From an uncultured Akkermansia sp. (GTDB taxonomy: Bacteria; Verrucomicrobiota; Verrucomicrobiia; Verrucomicrobiales; Akkermansiaceae), in assembly GCA_964459715.1 (NCBI GenBank), contig CAYWNS010000001.1:9884-73883 (forward strand): DNA of 64,000 nt. The letters are read 5' to 3'. This document shows positions 28,987 through 39,977 of this stretch, in pieces. Below the pieces are notes generated by a model. The model saw only the letters and a program-made list of their open reading frames with translations. It searched no databases and was not told where the DNA came from. Both the position numbers and the translations under genes were made by a program. Positions within the stretch are counted from its first letter, which is position 1, and every line of letters begins with the position of its first letter.

Positions 28987-30723
28987 ATGAGCACTGAACA
29001 GCAAAAATTGCCGAAAGACGCGGCCGCCGCCGAGGGCAAGGTGAATGTGCAGATCAACGGCACTTGGTATCGCTTTCCCAAGGGCACACGTATAGCAGAC
29101 GCCTGCAACAGCGTGGGCGTTCACGTTCCTTGTTTCTGCTACCATCCGAAGTTAAGCGTGGCGGGTTCGTGCCGCATGTGCTTGGTGGAGCAGGGGATGC
29201 CGCCGAGATTGGCACCGGGTGCGACTCCCACGTACAACGACGACGGCTACCAGACGATACAGTGGATGCCGCGTGCGGTCATAGCCTGTGCCAACACGGT
29301 GGCAGAGAACATGGGGATACGCACGGATGGCACCCTGTGCGCGGAAGCACGGCGGGCGGTGCTGGAGTTTTTGCTCACGAATCACCCGCTCGATTGTCCC
29401 ATCTGCGACCAAGCCGGTGAATGCAAACTGCAGGAATACACGGCGGATTACGGACGCACGGCACACCGTTTCACTGAATCGAAAATCAAGAAGGGGAAGA
29501 ATCTTTCCGTGGGTCCGAGAGTCAACCTAGACCAAGAGCGTTGCGTGTTGTGCCGACGTTGCGTCCGGTTCATGAAAGAGGTGGTGGGCGAGGAAGTGCT
29601 GGGTGTGGTCGGGCGCGGCGGACACAACGCCATCGCGTGCTACCCCGGAAAAACCTTGGACAGTAATTACTCCATGAACGTGGTGGATTTGTGTCCCGTG
29701 GGGGCGATGACCTCCAAGGACTTCCGGTTCAAGATGCGCGTGTGGTTCCTGAAGAGCACGCCCACCATTGACGTTAATTGCGGCATCGGCACCAACATCA
29801 ACATCTGGACACGGGAAAGCCAAGTTTACCGCATCACTCCGCGCCAGAACGATGAGGTCAACAGCTGCTGGATGCCCGACAGCCACCGGCTCAACTACAA
29901 ATACATCAACGCGCCGGAGCGTCTCTTGACTCCGCTGATACGCACCGACAAGGGGGCACCGCAGCGTCCCGGGACGTGGGACCCCTTGCTGCGCACTGTA
30001 GCGGAGCAACTCAAACGCTGCCAAGCCGGGGGACACGGGCTCGCCATCATCGCCTCGGCGAGAATGACCAATGAGGAACTTTACCTGACTCGGCACTTGG
30101 CTACCTTGTTGGGTGTAACCGCAGTGGACATCGTGCCGCGTGTCGGGGAAAGCGACGGAATGCTCATATCGGCAGACCGCAACCCGAACACCACCGGGGC
30201 TAAACTCATCCTCGGTAAAAGCGGGAGGTCCCTTGCGAGCATCGTGCGCGGGGTAAAGACCGGAAGAATCCGTTCGTTGATCGTGCTTGGGGAAGATGTG
30301 ACAGCGGAGGCGAAAATCCCGGCGGAGACTCTCAAAAAGTTGGACTATCTGCTGGTAATGACCCACAGTGAGAGTCCGACTTCCGCAGCGGCGGATGTGG
30401 TGCTGCCGGGGGTCACATTTGCCGAAAAATCGGGGACAATGATCAACGTGACCGGGCGCATCCAGCGACTCAACCAAGCGATCGCACCGCTCGGGGAAGC
30501 GCGAGCGGACTGGGCTATCCTGTGCGGGCTGCTGCGAGCGTGCAGTGATGTGCCGCTGAAGGACGCCGAAGCTTCGAGCCCCATGGAAATACTTGCCGCG
30601 ATGGCGGCGCATTACCCGGAGCTGCGGGATGTCACTTGGGCAAGCATCGGCAACAGTGGGCAACACGTGATAGACACCGGCGAAACAATACCCCTCATCG
30701 AGCGAACGAAGGTACATCAATAA
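28987..30723 (+). CDS. nuoG: NADH-quinone oxidoreductase subunit G (short form)
   Basis: FCYHPKLSVAGSCRMC, HPLDCPICDQAGEC, RCVLCRRCVRF, CPVGA. Confidence 0.95.
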   Translation: MSTEQQKLPKDAAAAEGKVNVQINGTWYRFPKGTRIADACNSVGVHVPCFCYHPKLSVAGSCRMCLVEQGMPPRLAPGATPTYNDDGYQTIQWMPRAVIACANTVAENMGIRTDGTLCAEARRAVLEFLLTNHPLDCPICDQAGECKLQEYTADYGRTAHRFTESKIKKGKNLSVGPRVNLDQERCVLCRRCVRFMKEVVGEEVLGVVGRGGHNAIACYPGKTLDSNYSMNVVDLCPVGAMTSKDFRFKMRVWFLKSTPTIDVNCGIGTNINIWTRESQVYRITPRQNDEVNSCWMPDSHRLNYKYINAPERLLTPLIRTDKGAPQRPGTWDPLLRTVAEQLKRCQAGGHGLAIIASARMTNEELYLTRHLATLLGVTAVDIVPRVGESDGMLISADRNPNTTGAKLILGKSGRSLASIVRGVKTGRIRSLIVLGEDVTAEAKIPAETLKKLDYLLVMTHSESPTSAAADVVLPGVTFAEKSGTMINVTGRIQRLNQAIAPLGEARADWAILCGLLRACSDVPLKDAEASSPMEILAAMAAHYPELRDVTWASIGNSGQHVIDTGETIPLIERTKVHQ

Positions 30724-30745
30724 CCCCTTACCTGCACACAAACAC

Positions 30746-31981
30746 ATGGATATGCCACAACCGACTTGGTTTTACCTGCTCACCACGGTGGCGAAGCTGG
30801 CGTTGGTCTTTGCGGTCATCTTGGCATTCGTGGTGATCTCCGTCTGGATAGAACGCCGCGTAGCCGGATGGATACAGGACCGCCCCGGACCGAACCGTTC
30901 CGGACTCCCCCTCTTCCTCTTCAAACGTTTCGGTAGCAAGCAGGAACAGCCGCTCGCGGGACTGCTGCACTTCTTCGGCTGTCCGCCGAATGGACGTATC
31001 GCGAAGCTCTGTCGCTGGTTGCGCTTGGACCGAGAGTTTCCCATCTTCGGGTTGATACAGCCCGCGTTGGATGGAGGGAAGCTCTTTCTTAAGCAGGAAA
31101 TCACGCCGAGCTACGTACGCAAATTCTATTTCATACTGGCACCGATGCTGGTATTGGCGGCACCCTTGGTGGCGGCGGCAGTCGTCCCCTTTGCCTCAGG
31201 AGTTCATACAGACTTCGGTGACATATCCATGTGCGTGGCAAACCTGAACATCGGACCGCTCTGGGTCTTTGCCGTGTCGGGGCTATCGGTGTACGGATTG
31301 ACCCTCGCGGGTTGGTCCTCCAATTCAAAATACCCCTTCTTGGGCGGGCTGCGTGCCACAGCTCAACTCATCTCCTACGAGGTTGCCATGGGGCTTTCGG
31401 TCATTCCCCTGCTCATGATGTTCGGTACCCTGAACTTGCAGGACATCGTGAACGCGCAGGCGAGCGACGGGTGGACACTTCTACCGCTCTGGGGGGAGGG
31501 ACTCGGGTTGCAACGCTGGGTACTGATGATTCCCATGGTGCTGAGTTTCATTATGTTTGCCACCTGCATCTTTGCGGAAGCGAACCGCACACCCTTCGAT
31601 ATGGCTGAATGTGAGACCGATTTGGTCGGCGGTTACCACACGGAGTACTCATCCATGAAGTTTGCGTCCTTCTTCATGGGCGAATACGCCGCCATGGTCA
31701 TTGGTTCCGCGATGGTTGTGACACTTTTCTTGGGAGGTTGGTCCATCGGATTCGGAGCGGATGAGGCACTGACGGCGTGGAACCAGTGGGTGGCGGTGCT
31801 CTGTCAGTTCGTGATGTTCCTGCTGAAACTGCTCGCCTTTATCTTTGTCTTTGTGTGGGTACGGTGGACTCTGCCGCGCTTCCGATGGGACCAAGTGATG
31901 AAGTTGTGTTGGCTCGTATTCATCGAACTCGCCGTGGTCAACATCCTCCTTACCGCCCTCATCCTTTACTTTGTCAAATAA
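30746..31981 (+). CDS. nuoH: NADH-quinone oxidoreductase subunit H
   Basis: ERRVAGWIQDRPGPNR, GWSSNSKY, ISYE, EANRTPFD..E, EYS, RWTLPRFRWDQ. Confidence 0.96.
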   Translation: MDMPQPTWFYLLTTVAKLALVFAVILAFVVISVWIERRVAGWIQDRPGPNRSGLPLFLFKRFGSKQEQPLAGLLHFFGCPPNGRIAKLCRWLRLDREFPIFGLIQPALDGGKLFLKQEITPSYVRKFYFILAPMLVLAAPLVAAAVVPFASGVHTDFGDISMCVANLNIGPLWVFAVSGLSVYGLTLAGWSSNSKYPFLGGLRATAQLISYEVAMGLSVIPLLMMFGTLNLQDIVNAQASDGWTLLPLWGEGLGLQRWVLMIPMVLSFIMFATCIFAEANRTPFDMAECETDLVGGYHTEYSSMKFASFFMGEYAAMVIGSAMVVTLFLGGWSIGFGADEALTAWNQWVAVLCQFVMFLLKLLAFIFVFVWVRWTLPRFRWDQVMKLCWLVFIELAVVNILLTALILYFVK

Positions 31982-31996
31982 CCCCTTGCAACACAC

Positions 31997-32563
31997 ATGG
32001 CTTACATACCCATCAAGCGTCCGAAGTTCTCTTTCTTGGACCGCATTTACGTTGTGGAACTCGTGAAGGGGCTGGGCATCACGTTCAAACACCTCGTGCT
32101 CTCACTGCTCGGAAAAAGCCGCAGTAAGAAAGACTTCAATGGCGCGGGCATCGGCGCATGTATGCCCTTTCCGGAGCAGAGGTGGGATGCCAACCTCCCC
32201 TCCTACTATCGGGGAGCACCGACCTTGGTGCGCGGAGATGACGGGAGAGAACGCTGTGTCTCCTGCCAGCTCTGCGAATTCATCTGCCCGGCGCGTGCCA
32301 TTCGCGTGGTTCCGGGTACGGTCAATCCGGATTCGCCGACACCCAAGCAAGAAAAAGCACCCGCAGAATTCGAGATTGACATGCTGCGATGCATCTACTG
32401 CGGTCTGTGCCAAGAGGCGTGCCCGGAGCAAGCTATTTTTCTCTCGAAGGAATATCTCATCACCCTCACCGACCGCAGACAGGGCATTCGCAACAAGGAA
32501 GAGCTTTATCGACTCGGCGGCATACGCCAGGGTCTCGTCAACAAGTGGAACCCCTACAAATAA
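31997..32563 (+). CDS. nuoI: NADH-quinone oxidoreductase subunit I
   Basis: Two CxxCxxCxxxCP motifs. Confidence 0.95.
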   Translation: MAYIPIKRPKFSFLDRIYVVELVKGLGITFKHLVLSLLGKSRSKKDFNGAGIGACMPFPEQRWDANLPSYYRGAPTLVRGDDGRERCVSCQLCEFICPARAIRVVPGTVNPDSPTPKQEKAPAEFEIDMLRCIYCGLCQEACPEQAIFLSKEYLITLTDRRQGIRNKEELYRLGGIRQGLVNKWNPYK

Positions 32564-32572
32564 CCCCTCCCC

Positions 32573-33202
32573 ATGGACCTCTCAACCATCCTTTTCTTGA
32601 TTTTCGCGCTGGGTGCGCTTCTGAGTGGCATCGGAGTTATCGCCTCCCGCCATCCGGTAGGTTCTGCCCTGAGTCTAGCTCTCTCTCTCATCTTCGTGGC
32701 AGCCATCTTCTTTCAGGTAGGAGCCACGTTTTTGGGCATTGTCCAGCTCATCCTTTACGCCGGAGCCATCCTCGTGCTCATTCTCTTTATCATCATGATG
32801 CTCGGCGTCAAAGAGGAAGAACCGATGCCTCGGAAGTGGCTCTACTGCGTGTCGGGCGTCCTCATCGGGGGCGTGTTCGCCGGTATCCTGTGCGGTGTCG
32901 CCCTGCACCTGCCGGGTGCCGTGAAAGACTGCTGTCCCATACACCTGTGCGTTGCTCCGGCGGATGATTCCTGTCCCTTTCACGACGGCAAGACCCTGCC
33001 CGCTCTGCCACAAAGTGTTCCGGCTCAATACGCCGCACAGACACCATCCACACAGACTCCGCGCGAGCAGAGCGATGTCTCCCTCATCGGGCGCAACCTC
33101 TTCGGTCACTATAACCTCCACCTCGTTCTCCTGAGTTTGGCACTCCTAGCGGCATCACTCGGTGCCCTTGCCATTACCCGTAAACTACAACGCGACAATT
33201 AA
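32573..33202 (+). CDS. nuoJ: NADH-quinone oxidoreductase subunit J
   Basis: [20 protein letters not shown] motif and position in the operon. Confidence 0.93.
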   Translation: MDLSTILFLIFALGALLSGIGVIASRHPVGSALSLALSLIFVAAIFFQVGATFLGIVQLILYAGAILVLILFIIMMLGVKEEEPMPRKWLYCVSGVLIGGVFAGILCGVALHLPGAVKDCCPIHLCVAPADDSCPFHDGKTLPALPQSVPAQYAAQTPSTQTPREQSDVSLIGRNLFGHYNLHLVLLSLALLAASLGALAITRKLQRDN

Positions 33203-33224
33203 CCCTCACCCGCTTTCACCGTCT

Positions 33225-33542
33225 ATGCCCCTCCTTCCTCTTCTCATTCTTTCCGCCCTGCTCTTTGTCATGGGACTCGTGGGTGCTCTCATCCGCCGTA
33301 CTCTTCTCGTTGTGCTCATGTGCTTGGAACTTATGCTCACCGGTGCCAACTTAGCCCTTGTGGCATTTTCGCAGGCGCAGGGGCAGCAGGGCGTGCCGGT
33401 GTATGACGCGCAAGTACTGGTTCTCTTTGTGATGGCGATAGCGGCGGCAGAAGTTGCTGTCGGTCTGGCTCTCATTGTGGCAATGTTCCGGGCGCGACGC
33501 AGCGTTGATAGCACATCTCTCAATACACTGAAAGACTTATGA
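33225..33542 (+). CDS. nuoK: NADH-quinone oxidoreductase subunit K
   Basis: MCLELML and [11 protein letters not shown] motifs. Confidence 0.95.
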   Translation: MPLLPLLILSALLFVMGLVGALIRRTLLVVLMCLELMLTGANLALVAFSQAQGQQGVPVYDAQVLVLFVMAIAAAEVAVGLALIVAMFRARRSVDSTSLNTLKDL

Positions 33543-35401
33543 TGCAGAATTTACCTTGGCTGTTTCTCATACTGCCGCTGGTGGCGGCGGCGGTCGACTG
33601 GGCGTTTTTTCACCGCTGTGCTCGGGTGGCTGCGGGAATATCGATTATTTCAGTCCTCCTGACGCTAGGATTGAGCATCGGGTATCTCCTCGGCTTACCG
33701 GTAGGGCAAACGGCGCGCTATGCTTGGTTCCCGGTGCCGGGTCACGAAATTTATTTAGGATTGCTGCCGGACGCGTTGGCGATGAAAATGATGCTCGTTG
33801 TCACCGGTATCGGTGCGCTCGTGCACATCTTTTCGCTGGGGTACATGAGAAATGACACCTCCAACCACTCCCGTTATTACGCCGGGTTGAGCATTTTCAT
33901 GTTCAGCATGAGCTGCATCGTATTGGCTGACAGTTTGATTCTTACCTTTATCGGATGGGAAATGGTAGGCTTCTCCTCCTACCTGCTCATCGGGCACTGG
34001 TATCACAAGGAAGAGGCTGCGGATGCCGCCAAGAAGGCATTTATCACCAATCGTGTGGGAGACTTCGGTTTTCTCATCGGTATCCTCCTCACTCTGGGAG
34101 TGTTCGGTTCACTCAACTTCGGCGATATGGCGGGGCACTTACGGGTTGACCCGGGGAGCCCCCTGTTGACTGTCACCATGCTGTGCCTCTTTTGCGGTGC
34201 TGTGGGGAAATCCGCTCAATTTCCTCTCCATGTATGGTTACCGGACGCCATGGAAGGACCGACTCCCGTCTCCGCCCTCATCCACGCGGCAACTATGGTC
34301 GCGGCGGGCGTCTACATGATGGTGCGCTTGCAGGTCAGTATGGGTTTGGATGCTTTTAACGACACCGTGTGTTGTGTGATTTCGTCCATCGGTGCCATCA
34401 CCGCTGTCCTCGCCGCCCTCATGGCGACACAACAGGATGACATCAAGCGCGTGCTGGCGTACTCCACCCTCTCACAGCTCGGATACATGATGATGGCGGT
34501 GGGTCTGCTGGCGGGTGATGCCGCCATGTTCCACCTGTACACACACGCTTGGTTCAAAGCCTTGCTCTTTCTCGCGGCAGGTGCCATCATTGTCTGTTGT
34601 CACCACGAGCAAAATATATGGAAAATGGGAGGTTTGCGTAGGCGCATGCCCACGACGGTATGCTGTTTTCTCGCGGGCACCTGCGCACTCATTGCCGTGC
34701 CGGGGTTCTCGGGCTTCTTCTCCAAGGAAAGTATCTTGGAAGCAGCTTGGGAACACAACACGGCTCTCTTTGCCGTGGGTGTCTTTGTGGCTGCGCTGAC
34801 GGCTTTCTACATGATACGCCTTTGTCTCGTGGCATTCTGCGGTGACGCGCGCAGCCAATCTGCGGAACATCCTGATTCTGCGGGGGTCGCGATGCTCGTT
34901 CCTCTCATTATTCTGGCACTGATGGCCGTATTTTCCGGCTACGGGCAGGTGGCGGATATCCTCGTCCCCTTCTCCGACTTCCACACCGACTCTGCCTCGT
35001 TCTTCGAACCGGGAACATCCTTCTTTGCCGGATTGGGTGCCTTGTGTGTCGGCGGCGGTTTCGCTTGGCTGCTGTATGTCAAACCGGCACACGCTTCTCA
35101 ACTGTCCGACCCTTGGAGCACCAACCTCTTCTCCCGTGCCCTGCGGCATCGCCTTTTCATTGACGATTTCTACGACAATGTGCTGGTGGGAGGGATACAA
35201 CGCTGGTATTGTTACCTCGTGGCATTTGTGGACGACGGCATCATCCGGCGACTCATCGGGCACGGTCTGGGGTACTTTACCGCTTGGACGGGACGCCTAC
35301 TCGGTCGCCTACAGTGCGGTTCCCTGAGGTGCTATGGTATCGTCATGGCTGTCGGTGCCATTCTCTTGCTCCTCCTCACCATCTTCACCTACAAAAACTA
35401 A
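33539..35401 (+). CDS. nuoL: NADH-quinone oxidoreductase subunit L
   Basis: [50 protein letters not shown]. Confidence 0.97.
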   Translation: MMQNLPWLFLILPLVAAAVDWAFFHRCARVAAGISIISVLLTLGLSIGYLLGLPVGQTARYAWFPVPGHEIYLGLLPDALAMKMMLVVTGIGALVHIFSLGYMRNDTSNHSRYYAGLSIFMFSMSCIVLADSLILTFIGWEMVGFSSYLLIGHWYHKEEAADAAKKAFITNRVGDFGFLIGILLTLGVFGSLNFGDMAGHLRVDPGSPLLTVTMLCLFCGAVGKSAQFPLHVWLPDAMEGPTPVSALIHAATMVAAGVYMMVRLQVSMGLDAFNDTVCCVISSIGAITAVLAALMATQQDDIKRVLAYSTLSQLGYMMMAVGLLAGDAAMFHLYTHAWFKALLFLAAGAIIVCCHHEQNIWKMGGLRRRMPTTVCCFLAGTCALIAVPGFSGFFSKESILEAAWEHNTALFAVGVFVAALTAFYMIRLCLVAFCGDARSQSAEHPDSAGVAMLVPLIILALMAVFSGYGQVADILVPFSDFHTDSASFFEPGTSFFAGLGALCVGGGFAWLLYVKPAHASQLSDPWSTNLFSRALRHRLFIDDFYDNVLVGGIQRWYCYLVAFVDDGIIRRLIGHGLGYFTAWTGRLLGRLQCGSLRCYGIVMAVGAILLLLLTIFTYKN

Positions 35402-35413
35402 GTTTATACACCC

Positions 35414-36907
35414 ATGCTCATCTGGCTCATACTCTTACCTGTGATTGCCGCGTTGCTCATCGGCTTCCTGCGATTGCCCGGGCGCGCCGTTGCTTTGGTG
35501 TGCTCCGTGCTCTCTCTGGTTCTCGCCGTCGCTTTGCTCGTCGGACAGCAGACGGCGGACGATGCTTCTTGGCTCTCACAATTCTGCGGGTGGGACACCC
35601 AATTCTCTCTCACTTTACCACTCAGCCAAGTGATGCTCCTGCTCACGGTGGTCGTGACTTTGGCAGCCGTCGTGGGAATGAAAGCACCCGACTCACAAGC
35701 GGAGCGCAGCTGGTCCATCTCCACACTCCTCATCTCGGCGGGTGCCACCGGTGCTTTCCTGTCGGACAATGTGATCTCGTTCTTTGCCTTTCACGAACTC
35801 GCGCTTATTCCCACATTCGTGATGATCGGCTTTTACGGTCGCGGGGAACGTCGCACCATTGCTTGGCGCATGACTATCTACTTGGGGCTTGCCTCCATGG
35901 TACTGCTGGTCGGTCTGCTCCTGCTGTGCGCCCAGATGGGTACCAACAGCTTCTCTATGATGCACGTGTTGGCGAGCATGGGACGTTTCCCGGTTTCCTC
36001 CTGCGCGATCGCGGGGTTGTTGCTGGTGGGATTCGGCACCATGGTTTCGCTCTTTCCCTTCCACTCATGGGCGGCACCGGCGTACGCGAGCGCGCCCACC
36101 CCTATCGCAATGATGCACGCCGGAGTCCTCAAAAAATTCGGACTTTACGGATTGCTTTTGATGGCTTGGGTTTTCGGTTCTCGTAGTGTGGTTTTCTTCG
36201 GTTGCTGGACGAACGTGCTCCTCGTGCTCCTTCTGGGCAACGTCCTCTGGGTCGGCTGTGTCACTATGGCGCAAAATCGGCTGGACTCCATGCTAGGCAA
36301 CTCCTCAGTGATGCACATGGGCTACATCTTCTTGGGTATCGCCGTGTTCATTCTCTCCGGCGCGTCCAACATTCTGGCTTTTTACGGGGCGGGTACCCTC
36401 ATGCTGGCGCACGGTCTGAGCATTGCCCTACTCTTCCTGCTGGCGGGGCAAATCGAATCACGCACAAAGACTCTGGAATTCAGCGCATTGGGAGGACTTG
36501 CCCCCAAGCAACCCGCCCTCGGCTTCTTCTTTGCACTGGCGGGTCTGGCTTCCATCGGACTCCCCCTTCTGGCTAATTTCGTAGGCGAGTTCAGTATCTT
36601 TATGTCCTGTTTTCAAGGATGGGGACCGGGTGGCGCGGAGCAAGACTTCTGTTTTGACTGGTTGGAAGAGCTTTCGGAGTTACTCGGTGGTGCCGGTCCG
36701 GTACAACTCACGGTTCTCTTCGCGTTGTGGGGGCTCGTTATCAGTGCCATCTACATGCTCAGGGCTATTCGCCGCGTCTTCACGGGAGCGACAACGGCGG
36801 TGTGCGAGCGAGCCACGCAAAAGCTGAGTTTCGCCGACCTCTTTGCGGCTGTGTTCCTCAGTGCTCTCCTCCTCCTCTTTGGCATAGCACCGAATCTCCT
36901 CGTCTGA
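35414..36907 (+). CDS. nuoM: NADH-quinone oxidoreductase subunit M
   Basis: FHELALIP, FPFHSW, GVLKKFGLYG, SSVMHMG, AHG, SIGLP...FVGE. Confidence 0.92.
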   Translation: MLIWLILLPVIAALLIGFLRLPGRAVALVCSVLSLVLAVALLVGQQTADDASWLSQFCGWDTQFSLTLPLSQVMLLLTVVVTLAAVVGMKAPDSQAERSWSISTLLISAGATGAFLSDNVISFFAFHELALIPTFVMIGFYGRGERRTIAWRMTIYLGLASMVLLVGLLLLCAQMGTNSFSMMHVLASMGRFPVSSCAIAGLLLVGFGTMVSLFPFHSWAAPAYASAPTPIAMMHAGVLKKFGLYGLLLMAWVFGSRSVVFFGCWTNVLLVLLLGNVLWVGCVTMAQNRLDSMLGNSSVMHMGYIFLGIAVFILSGASNILAFYGAGTLMLAHGLSIALLFLLAGQIESRTKTLEFSALGGLAPKQPALGFFFALAGLASIGLPLLANFVGEFSIFMSCFQGWGPGGAEQDFCFDWLEELSELLGGAGPVQLTVLFALWGLVISAIYMLRAIRRVFTGATTAVCERATQKLSFADLFAAVFLSALLLLFGIAPNLLV

Positions 36908-36931
36908 TTTTCCTTACCCTTCCCTTGTACC

Positions 36932-38389
36932 ATGAACATGATGCACATTTCCTACACTTGGGGACAATTCACGCCCGTATTCATCCTTGCGGGCCTCTCC
37001 ATTCTCATCTTGCTGGCGGATACTTTTTTGCCGCGTCTGCGTAAGCCAATCTATCCCCTACTCGGTGCCTTTGTTACAATCGCTTTACCCATTGTCATGC
37101 TGGGTGTCAAGGGAGCTTCCCTGCCGTCGTTTATTTCCTCTTTTGCGTGCTTGGCTACTGCCGCTTGTTTGTTCATGGTCTTTGACTACCGCACGGAGAT
37201 ATACGCCTCCGTGGGTGGGGAAGGGCAAGAAGATGGCTCGGCGGAGATGAGCTCTTTGCTTCTACTTGCCTGCGCCGGAACCTGTGCCCTCACCCAAGCG
37301 CGCGACCTCGTCATGCTCTTTTTGTGTATTGAGTGTATCACGTTGCCCTGCTATGTCCTAGCCGGTTACTTCCGCCGCAGGCAAAGCTCCGTTGAGGCGG
37401 GTGTCAAGTACCTGATTCTCGGTGCCATCAGCACAGGTTTTCTCGTCATGGGTGCCGCTTGGTACTTCGGCACCACAGGTACCTTCGCTTTTGAAGCAAA
37501 GGGTGATCTGAATCCCGTGCTGACCGCATTGGTCAGTCCGTACTTTTGCGCAGGTTTCCTGCTGGCTCTGGGGATGCTGCTGTCCGGTTTATTTTTCAAG
37601 GTCGGTGCGGTACCGATGCATTCATGGATACCGGACGTATACCAAGGTGCCCCGACTCCGGTGACGGCTTTTCTGGCGGTGGTTTCTAAACTGGCAGGTT
37701 TTACGGCTCTCGCCTTGCTCTTTTTCCCCCTCCTTCGCATTCACGCGGTGGCGGCGGACATGGTGAATCCTTTTCTGACGGCGATGGGGATTGTGGCGGC
37801 GGCTACCCTCTTAGTCGGGAATCTGGGTGCTATTCCGCAGCAAAATACGAAACGGCTGCTCGCGTATTCGTCCATCGGGCAAGCCGGGTTTATTCTGGTG
37901 TTCTTTGTGGCGTTGAGGTCGACCTTTTGTCTCTCGGTGGTCAATTATATGATTGCGTACGGAGTCGCCACCATCATGGCATTCCACGCCCTTGCCACCT
38001 TACGTATGTATCGTGGCAGTGAGGAAATTTCCGCATTTCGCGGTCTCGGGAAAACCAATCCGAGGGTGGCGTTTATGATTACGGTGGCTTTTGCCTCGTT
38101 GGCAGGTGTTCCCTTAACCTTTGGCTTTTTGGTGAAATTCAATGCTTTCCGTGATGCCATTTATACGATGCAGAAGACGGGGTCTTGTTGCGGGTGGCTT
38201 TTGGGCATCATGATTGTTTGCGCTGCAGCCGGTTTTTACTACTACTTCAAGGTCCTGCGTGCCATGTATTGGGAAAAGTTGCAGGCGGAGGATACGCCGG
38301 TGAACTTTTCTCCGCTGTGCGTCGGCGTCCTTTCGGTCGGAACTCTGATCCTGCTCGGTGCCGGAATTGTTCCGCTGATTGTTGTGTAG
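36932..38389 (+). CDS. nuoN: NADH-quinone oxidoreductase subunit N
   Basis: EAGVKYLILG, FKVGAVPMHSWIPDVYQGAPTP, KRLLAYSSI, SLAGVP..GF..K. Confidence 0.95.
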   Translation: MNMMHISYTWGQFTPVFILAGLSILILLADTFLPRLRKPIYPLLGAFVTIALPIVMLGVKGASLPSFISSFACLATAACLFMVFDYRTEIYASVGGEGQEDGSAEMSSLLLLACAGTCALTQARDLVMLFLCIECITLPCYVLAGYFRRRQSSVEAGVKYLILGAISTGFLVMGAAWYFGTTGTFAFEAKGDLNPVLTALVSPYFCAGFLLALGMLLSGLFFKVGAVPMHSWIPDVYQGAPTPVTAFLAVVSKLAGFTALALLFFPLLRIHAVAADMVNPFLTAMGIVAAATLLVGNLGAIPQQNTKRLLAYSSIGQAGFILVFFVALRSTFCLSVVNYMIAYGVATIMAFHALATLRMYRGSEEISAFRGLGKTNPRVAFMITVAFASLAGVPLTFGFLVKFNAFRDAIYTMQKTGSCCGWLLGIMIVCAAAGFYYYFKVLRAMYWEKLQAEDTPVNFSPLCVGVLSVGTLILLGAGIVPLIVV

Positions 38390-38430
38390 GAAACTGAGTA
38401 CCGCCTCGCCTCCGTACCGTTATTCTCCCC

Positions 38431-39957
38431 ATGTCACGCTTCAAGCCAGCTTTTCCCATGGCTCGCGCCACGTACCGTTCGCTGCCCCGGCAGAAGCGTA
38501 AGTCCGCAGTATTTGTGGCACATCTTCTCCGGGGTTTGTCATTGTTACCGGGGTTGATCTTCCTTTTCCTTTTTGGCAGCACGGCTTGGGCTTGGCAACA
38601 GGTGCGTGAAGGGGCAGCTGAACCGGCTCGTGAGTTTCGTGGCGCGTGGGTGGCTACGGTTTATAATTTGGATTGGCCATCGGCTTCCGGGCTTTCTGCC
38701 GCACAGCAAAAATCGCAATTGCTGGACATCCTGAACCGCGCCGTCCGCCTCCGCCTCAATGCCATTATTTTGCAGGTACGCCCGAATGCGGATGCGCTTT
38801 ACCAATCCTCTCTTGAACCTTGGAGTGCTTGGTTGAGCGGTCCGGGTGTGAGTCCGGGGTACGATCCCCTCGCCTTCGCCGTCGCGGAAGCCCACCGCCG
38901 TGGTCTCGAGTTGCACGCGTGGTTCAATCCTTTCCGCGCAACGATCAAGGGCAAACCCGTGGGGCGCGGACACATTGCCCTGCGGCGTCCACAGCTCGTC
39001 AAGTCCGCAGGTAGTACGACCCTGCTGAATCCCTCATCCTCTGATGCGCAGCAACACGTCCTCCAAGTAATCATCGATGTCGTGCGTCGCTACGACATCG
39101 ACGGCGTACACTTGGATGACTACTTTTACCCCTATCCGCCCCACCACAACATCGCCGATGGGTTGACGCCCGCGCGTCGGCGTGCTGCCATCGATGCTTT
39201 TGTAAAGCGACTCTATACATCCGTAAAAGCCGTCAAGCCGTGGGTACGCGTGGGCATCAGTCCCTTCGGCATTTGGCAACCGGGTCACCCGGCAGGAGTC
39301 CCGGCGGGGGTGAATGCCTACGAACACCTCGCCTGCGATGCGCGTAAATGGCTCGCCAACGGCTGGGTGGACTATCTCGCCCCGCAACTTTACTGGCGTT
39401 GCGACAGCCCGCAGAGTTTCCCGGCTCTCATGCGGTGGTGGGTAAGTATCAACCCTCGTCGCCCGGTATGGCCGGGCATTGCCACCGCTCGCATCCTCAG
39501 CAGCGAGGATCGGACGCGTCCGGCATCGGAAGTGGGTCAACAAATTGATTGGGCGCGTAAATTGGCGCGACAGAGTTCCGGGCAGCTATTTTGGAGCTGG
39601 AAGTCCATTGGCACAGACCGAGGTGGAGTGCAGGCTCACCTGTCTGCCCGTTACCGTGGTTTTGCCTTGCCGCCGTCCATGCCATGGTGCGGCAATGCCT
39701 GTCCCGCTATGCCGATGGCTCAGGCGGGCACTTCCGGTTCGCGAGTCACCATCGCTTGGACTCCGAGCGATTCCAGTGCCCGCAAATGGGTGATTCAGGC
39801 TCGCCGCTCCGGTCGCTGGAGTACCCTCTGCATCCTCCCGGGTGGTCAGAGGCGCGTGACTCTCCCATCTTCTATGCTCTCCGGTGCCGACCGCATTGCC
39901 GTTCGCCCCATCTCTGCCTGCGGCAACAGTGGCATCCCCGCCGTGCTGGCACAGTGA
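38431..39957 (+). CDS. Glycosyl hydrolase-like 10 (GHL10/YddW-like) protein with C-terminal FN3-like domain
   Basis: EFRGAWVATV.NLDWP, QVRP, YDPL...EAH.RGLELHAWFNPFR, YDIDGVHLDDYFYPY, GISPFGIW, DYLAPQLYW. Confidence 0.9.
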   Translation: MSRFKPAFPMARATYRSLPRQKRKSAVFVAHLLRGLSLLPGLIFLFLFGSTAWAWQQVREGAAEPAREFRGAWVATVYNLDWPSASGLSAAQQKSQLLDILNRAVRLRLNAIILQVRPNADALYQSSLEPWSAWLSGPGVSPGYDPLAFAVAEAHRRGLELHAWFNPFRATIKGKPVGRGHIALRRPQLVKSAGSTTLLNPSSSDAQQHVLQVIIDVVRRYDIDGVHLDDYFYPYPPHHNIADGLTPARRRAAIDAFVKRLYTSVKAVKPWVRVGISPFGIWQPGHPAGVPAGVNAYEHLACDARKWLANGWVDYLAPQLYWRCDSPQSFPALMRWWVSINPRRPVWPGIATARILSSEDRTRPASEVGQQIDWARKLARQSSGQLFWSWKSIGTDRGGVQAHLSARYRGFALPPSMPWCGNACPAMPMAQAGTSGSRVTIAWTPSDSSARKWVIQARRSGRWSTLCILPGGQRRVTLPSSMLSGADRIAVRPISACGNSGIPAVLAQ

Positions 39958-39977
39958 GCCCCCCGTCCCCCCCCCCC

